A stretch of DNA of 64,000 bases from Candidatus Spongiisociaceae bacterium (GTDB lineage: Bacteria > Actinomycetota > Acidimicrobiia > Spongiisociales > Spongiisociaceae). The stretch is from NCBI GenBank assembly GCA_965243165.1, contig OZ251535.1:1281572-1345571 (forward strand), given 5' to 3'. Each line of letters starts with the position of its first letter. Positions within the stretch are counted from its first letter, which is position 1. Of this stretch, positions 60,179-64,000 are shown in pieces. The notes under the pieces are model-generated. The model searched no databases. It was not told the origin of the DNA and worked only from the letters and a program-made list of their open reading frames with translations. Both the position numbers and the translations under genes were made by a program.

Positions 60179-62299
60179 TTGAACCGATCAATAACCACCG
60201 GTATTATTGTACTTTGGGCTATCTTCATGGTGGCTTGTGGGGGCTTTAGTGCCGATCGTTCCACCACAGCGCCCACAACAGAAGGTGCCACCACAACCAC
60301 TATCTCACCCCTGTTAGAATCAGTTACCATCCGGGATGGGAAGTTTGAGTTCAGTAACTTCACTGTCCAGTTTATGGAGACCATAGATGAACGAGGTAGG
60401 ATGGAAGGGGAACTATGGCCTAGTTATATTGGGGATGCTAAAGGTATTTGGATGGTGCTGTCTTTTGATATTGAAAATATTGGTGATGAACCTAGGGACT
60501 GGGATGGCAGTGTGGATTTTTCCTGGGATGGGGCAGAGTATGATTGTGACTGGTATAGACCAAGGGGTGAAACCATTAATCCCAAGCTATCACTGGCAGG
60601 GGCAGCAGTGTTATGCGATGTTCCTAGTTCGCTATCGCAAAGGGAGCAGATCATTTCTATAGAAGTGGCTGATTCGTTTATGAGTTTGGGTACTGATAGA
60701 CGCGTGAGAATCAACACAGACAATGAGGTTACTCGGGCCGCGCCCGCCGGAACAGCGGCGGTTGAACCATCCACTACTAACACGGGCCTCCGGTCCGTAG
60801 ATCTGGCGCTTTCGACCGTCAGCGGCTTCGGTTACGGATACTGGATCGCTCTTGACCAGGGTTTCTATGAGGATGAGGGTCTGAACGTGACCTTGCAGGG
60901 CACCGGCGGGTCGTCCGACGTAGCCTTTATCCTGGCGGCGAACAACGCCGAGGCGGGCATGGGCGTGTCGGCTGCTGCGCTCTTCGCTATTGAGGATGGT
61001 GTCGGTTTGTATCCGTTCTTTACCTACGCCTATGGCGAGGTCTTTGACGTGGTGGTGCCGGCGGGTTCGAGTATCTCTGACATCGCAGGTCTGGCCGGAA
61101 AAGTGATAGGTATATCCGAGCTAGCTGGCGGCGAAGTGCCCCTGGTACGGGCGCTCTTGGTTGAGGCCAGGCTTGATCCGGATACCGACGTGAACATCAT
61201 CGAGGTGGGTACCGACGCTCCTAGCGTAAAGGCGGCTATTGATAGGGGTGATATCCAGGCCTATTCATCGGCTAAGTCCGATATCGCTATGATGAACGAG
61301 GTCGGTTTGGACACCATGTCTATCGCCCCTGCCTCGTTAGATACGCTTCCCGCCGAAGGGTTGCTGGCCACCAACGAAACGAAGAATGACCGGGATCTTT
61401 TGATCGGCCTGGGCCGGGCAACGGCCAAGGGTCAACTGATGGCCTATACCAACTTCGATGGAGCGGTGTGTATTCTGAAGAGATACATTCCCGATGAGTT
61501 CACCAACGAGCAGGCGGGGCGCCGAGGGTTGGCGGCCGTCATTGAGATTACCACCCCTCCGCAACAGAACGGCGATTACCGGTTCGGTTTCCTGAATGCG
61601 GACGGTTGGAATACCTATGTGAACATCTTTGTGCAGGCTGGGGTGCTCTCCGCTCCGTTTGACATGAGCGAGTACGTGATTGACGATCTACTTGACGAGA
61701 TAAACGACTTTGATCGGCAGGAGATCATAGACCTGGCTAACAATTTGCCTACCGAATGCACGATGAACACCGCGACCACAGTTGATAGCCCATTGCCGAC
61801 CAGGGTTACGACCACCACGATTTCAACCAACTTGATATCGTCCGGAATATACGAGGTTGGATACGATATTAATCCCGGCCTATATCGGTTCTACACACCA
61901 GGCTTGTGTTATTGGGAGAGATTGGCAGGGTTCTCGGGTGAGTTCGGAGATATCATCACTAACAATAATGTAACGGGATATTTTATCGTTGAAGTGCTAC
62001 CCAGGGATGCCGGATTTGGGTTGAATTGTACTGGTGCTGTCCAATTGGTTGATAGCTATGCCGATACTCCCGGTGGCCAGCGTTTGTCTCCTGACACGAC
62101 GGTGATCCCCTCCGGAGTATATGAGGTTGGTATCGACATAGAACCGGGATTGTATCGGCTGGAGGGGTCTTGCTATTGGGAGCGGTTAGCGGGATTCTCG
62201 GGTGAGTTTGAAGATATCATCGCTAACAACAACACTAACGGTGTGTTTCGGGTTGAAATCCAGGCATCAGACGCCGGGTTCGGGTTAGCCTGTGTATGA
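60179..62299 (+). CDS. Multidomain lipoprotein: N-terminal beta-rich domain, central NMT1/SsuA-like periplasmic binding domain, and two C-terminal ~70-aa repeats (YEVGxDIxPGLYR…CYWERLAGFSGEF.DII.NNN)
   Basis: TTG start; lipobox MVACGG; lower GC (~50%) than the flanking DNA; internal duplicated C-terminal module visible in the protein. Confidence 0.55.
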   Translation: MNRSITTGIIVLWAIFMVACGGFSADRSTTAPTTEGATTTTISPLLESVTIRDGKFEFSNFTVQFMETIDERGRMEGELWPSYIGDAKGIWMVLSFDIENIGDEPRDWDGSVDFSWDGAEYDCDWYRPRGETINPKLSLAGAAVLCDVPSSLSQREQIISIEVADSFMSLGTDRRVRINTDNEVTRAAPAGTAAVEPSTTNTGLRSVDLALSTVSGFGYGYWIALDQGFYEDEGLNVTLQGTGGSSDVAFILAANNAEAGMGVSAAALFAIEDGVGLYPFFTYAYGEVFDVVVPAGSSISDIAGLAGKVIGISELAGGEVPLVRALLVEARLDPDTDVNIIEVGTDAPSVKAAIDRGDIQAYSSAKSDIAMMNEVGLDTMSIAPASLDTLPAEGLLATNETKNDRDLLIGLGRATAKGQLMAYTNFDGAVCILKRYIPDEFTNEQAGRRGLAAVIEITTPPQQNGDYRFGFLNADGWNTYVNIFVQAGVLSAPFDMSEYVIDDLLDEINDFDRQEIIDLANNLPTECTMNTATTVDSPLPTRVTTTTISTNLISSGIYEVGYDINPGLYRFYTPGLCYWERLAGFSGEFGDIITNNNVTGYFIVEVLPRDAGFGLNCTGAVQLVDSYADTPGGQRLSPDTTVIPSGVYEVGIDIEPGLYRLEGSCYWERLAGFSGEFEDIIANNNTNGVFRVEIQASDAGFGLACV

Positions 62300-62394
62300 T
62301 CAATGCCGGTTTGATATCGTTGCCCGATACGCCAGTATCCGCACCCCCCCGATCCCGTTGATCCATCCCCCAATGACCGAAGCAGGAGTAGACG

Positions 62395-62889
62395 ATGAAT
62401 GATTGGAACATGTACCTGCTGGCGGTCGGCCCTGCGGGCAGCGGAGCCGTCTCCGAAGGTCTGTTGCAAGATTTCCATGAGCGCATTCCGTTGCCGGGGC
62501 GCTCCACCGGAGGAGGCAACGATCGGTACACGGCGCGCTTCTATGTGACTGCTTCCTCGATCACCGAGGCGGTGGAGGCTGCGGTCGAAGTCTTCAGAAC
62601 CGCCGCCGCGGAGGCCGGCATGCCCGATTGGCCTCTGCGGCAGGTGGAAGCGGTGCACGAGGACGAGGACCTGGCTTTGGTCCTCGCCGATGGATCCCTG
62701 CCCGAGATGTGGCGCACCAGCGACATCGCCGATCACCTGGGGGTGTCCGAAGCCCGCGCCGATGACCTCACCAGACGCGAAGGCTTCCCGCCGCCTTTCG
62801 GAACGACGCCCTTCACCCGCATATGGGCCGCCGACGATATCCGGAAGTTTCTGGACAGCCGGGCCGCCAGCCGCAAGGCGCCGGTGTAG
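62395..62889 (+). CDS. Hypothetical protein with possible C-terminal HTH (excisionase/MerR-like)
   Basis: Good RBS AGGAG 7 nt before ATG; …MWRTSDIADHLGVSEARADDLTRREGFPPPF resembles a helix-turn-helix. Confidence 0.35.
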   Translation: MNDWNMYLLAVGPAGSGAVSEGLLQDFHERIPLPGRSTGGGNDRYTARFYVTASSITEAVEAAVEVFRTAAAEAGMPDWPLRQVEAVHEDEDLALVLADGSLPEMWRTSDIADHLGVSEARADDLTRREGFPPPFGTTPFTRIWAADDIRKFLDSRAASRKAPV

Positions 62890-62945
62890 TCGCTCAAGGA
62901 CCATGCACTGTGATATTCGGGGAGGTTGTCCCTCTAGCTAACTAA

Positions 62946-63371
62946 CTAATAAGAATAAAAGAGAGTATCTTTATGCATCTTGCTTTGGATTTTTTCAAAG
63001 AGCTCTCTTTCTGTAGTAGTTCCATCTTTGGCGAGACTAAGAGCATGTGATAAACCTACTGAGTTGGTACTTTTCTGTTCTTCAATGGCTAGGGTTAATT
63101 CACCGGAGCTAGAGATGGTAAGCTGATAGGAATGAAGGTGCAAAGCATCGCCTTTATCGGCACTCTTGAAATGATCAAAGACAAATTGATTCGCCATATA
63201 GTTCATTAGATCCTGTTGTAATACTAGGACAAGCTTACGGCCGAGGGATTCAAATATCCCAATTTTATGGTGAAGTTGCATGAGGATGGTTTTAGCTGTC
63301 ATCTTCCAGTTGATTCCCATAGGCTTATCCTCAAGTTCAACAGGATCACTAATAGCGTTAACTCCTTCCAA
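62946..63371 (-). CDS. Hypothetical protein in an AT-rich (~40% GC) island
   Basis: ORF only; composition sharply different from the genome background. Confidence 0.35.
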   Translation of the reverse strand: MEGVNAISDPVELEDKPMGINWKMTAKTILMQLHHKIGIFESLGRKLVLVLQQDLMNYMANQFVFDHFKSADKGDALHLHSYQLTISSSGELTLAIEEQKSTNSVGLSHALSLAKDGTTTERELFEKIQSKMHKDTLFYSY

Positions 63372-63438
63372 AAATCTTTGTCTATGTGGCCAGACTGTGC
63401 CTGTAGTATCAAGGGCCTGTATTTCAATTCCTACAAAG

Positions 63439-63801
63439 TCAATCAGCCTTGTTTGTCGAACCAGTATTATGAAAATAATCTACAGTTCCACCCGGAACTG
63501 GTATTTCAGAAATGAGATGAACTTCATCACCAGGCTGGGGGTCCATTAGTAGATGTTGACAATCGGTAAACACCTGTCCGTTCGCCAGGAAGCGGTTTGG
63601 GCATATGATTAAGGGAATTGCTTCTCGTTTAAATCTTACTATGCATGTTCCGATAGAAGTTTGTGGATCACTCTTACGTATCTTATAGCAAGTAGTGGAT
63701 GTGAAAGGGCATTGTTGTGAATTTACAATTCTCTTCCAGTTCACTGAGTCATCAAGAGTTGACCGGCCGAACGACTCTGCTATGCGGTGCTCGGCAGTCA
63801 T
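63439..63801 (-). CDS. Hypothetical protein in the AT-rich island; may be the N-terminal part of the same gene as 62946..63371 if a frameshift is present
   Basis: ORF only; same strand and 67 bp upstream of the previous ORF. Confidence 0.3.
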   Translation of the reverse strand: MTAEHRIAESFGRSTLDDSVNWKRIVNSQQCPFTSTTCYKIRKSDPQTSIGTCIVRFKREAIPLIICPNRFLANGQVFTDCQHLLMDPQPGDEVHLISEIPVPGGTVDYFHNTGSTNKAD

Positions 63802-64000
63802 AATGCTAAAGACATGTAGCTAGGCTTGTGGAGAAGGACAACACTCTCACGAAGCTCGATGCCATGCTTGGTATTCCAGCGTGTTCTAAATACATCAATA
63901 GAATCCAACGATAAACCTTCCATTGAGGCCGCATCAGCTAGCAACTTGTCTGATGGAACTTTTACACCGTTAAAGGCGGAATCTCCTATCACAATCGCAA
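63798..64000 (-). CDS. Hypothetical protein, partial at window end; overlaps the start of 63439..63801 by 4 nt (ATGA)
   Basis: ORF 63798..63992, AT-rich. Confidence 0.2.
   Translation of the reverse strand, partial: AIVIGDSAFNGVKVPSDKLLADAASMEGLSLDSIDVFRTRWNTKHGIELRESVVLLHKPSYMSLAL

Overview
This is a high-GC (~70%) bacterial chromosomal window with no rRNA, tRNA or CRISPR visible. It breaks into seven regions.

- **1 to 8.3 kb, catabolic/transport operon.** Zn-dependent alcohol dehydrogenase (partial), FGGY sugar kinase, DhnA/DeoC-type aldolase, and a BMP-type ABC transporter (lipoprotein binding protein, two-domain ATPase, two permeases). A B3/4-domain gene follows.
- **9.1 to 36.4 kb, the dominant feature.** Four tandem paralogous giant genes (6.3 to 6.9 kb each, 2110 to 2289 aa). 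Each encodes a secreted protein made of many Calx-beta-like repeats, a Gly/Pro low-complexity linker and three C-terminal SLH (S-layer homology) domains. Every copy carries two long poly-G tracts: one forms the spacer between a TTGACT -35 and TAGTAT -10, and one sits just after the RBS+ATG start. As sequenced, only copy 2 is in frame with its ATG. This is the signature of a phase-variable contingency gene family. The copies are mosaic, with alternative internal modules and 1, 3, 2 and 3 N-terminal units, which suggests cassette exchange or gene conversion.
- **37.6 to 39.6 kb.** A convergent plant-type LRR protein with SLH domains.
- **Dispersed repeats.** Six intergenic clusters hold two nested MITE-like repeat families: a ~115 bp unit S with terminal inverted repeats GAAGACGAGCGGAYAGG, and a ~300 bp unit L.
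- **41 to 46 kb.** Opp/Dpp-type ABC ATPase, ceramidase-like hydrolase, SDR, cupin, membrane protein and a CDA-type deaminase, all on the minus strand.
- **46 to 53 kb.** A Schlafen-like (AlbA_2/ATPase) regulator flanked by four copies of a paired palindrome element (GAAAGAT-N6-ATCTTTC, two per copy), plus a degenerate duplicate of the 5' end of the adjacent hydantoinase-like gene. Downstream is an amide-hydrolysis operon: cyclic amidohydrolase, isochorismatase-family hydrolase, AA_synth/DUF1185, amidohydrolase.
- **54 to 60 kb.** A Tat-lipoprotein PAF-AH-like hydrolase, then DUF1989 -> hypothetical -> class-II-aldolase::class-III-aminotransferase fusion.
- **60.1 to 64 kb.** A distinctly lower-GC island with a consensus sigma70 promoter, a lipoprotein with a duplicated C-terminal module, and AT-rich unknown genes.

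A decayed AbiE-like toxin-antitoxin remnant lies at 40.3 to 41.0 kb.
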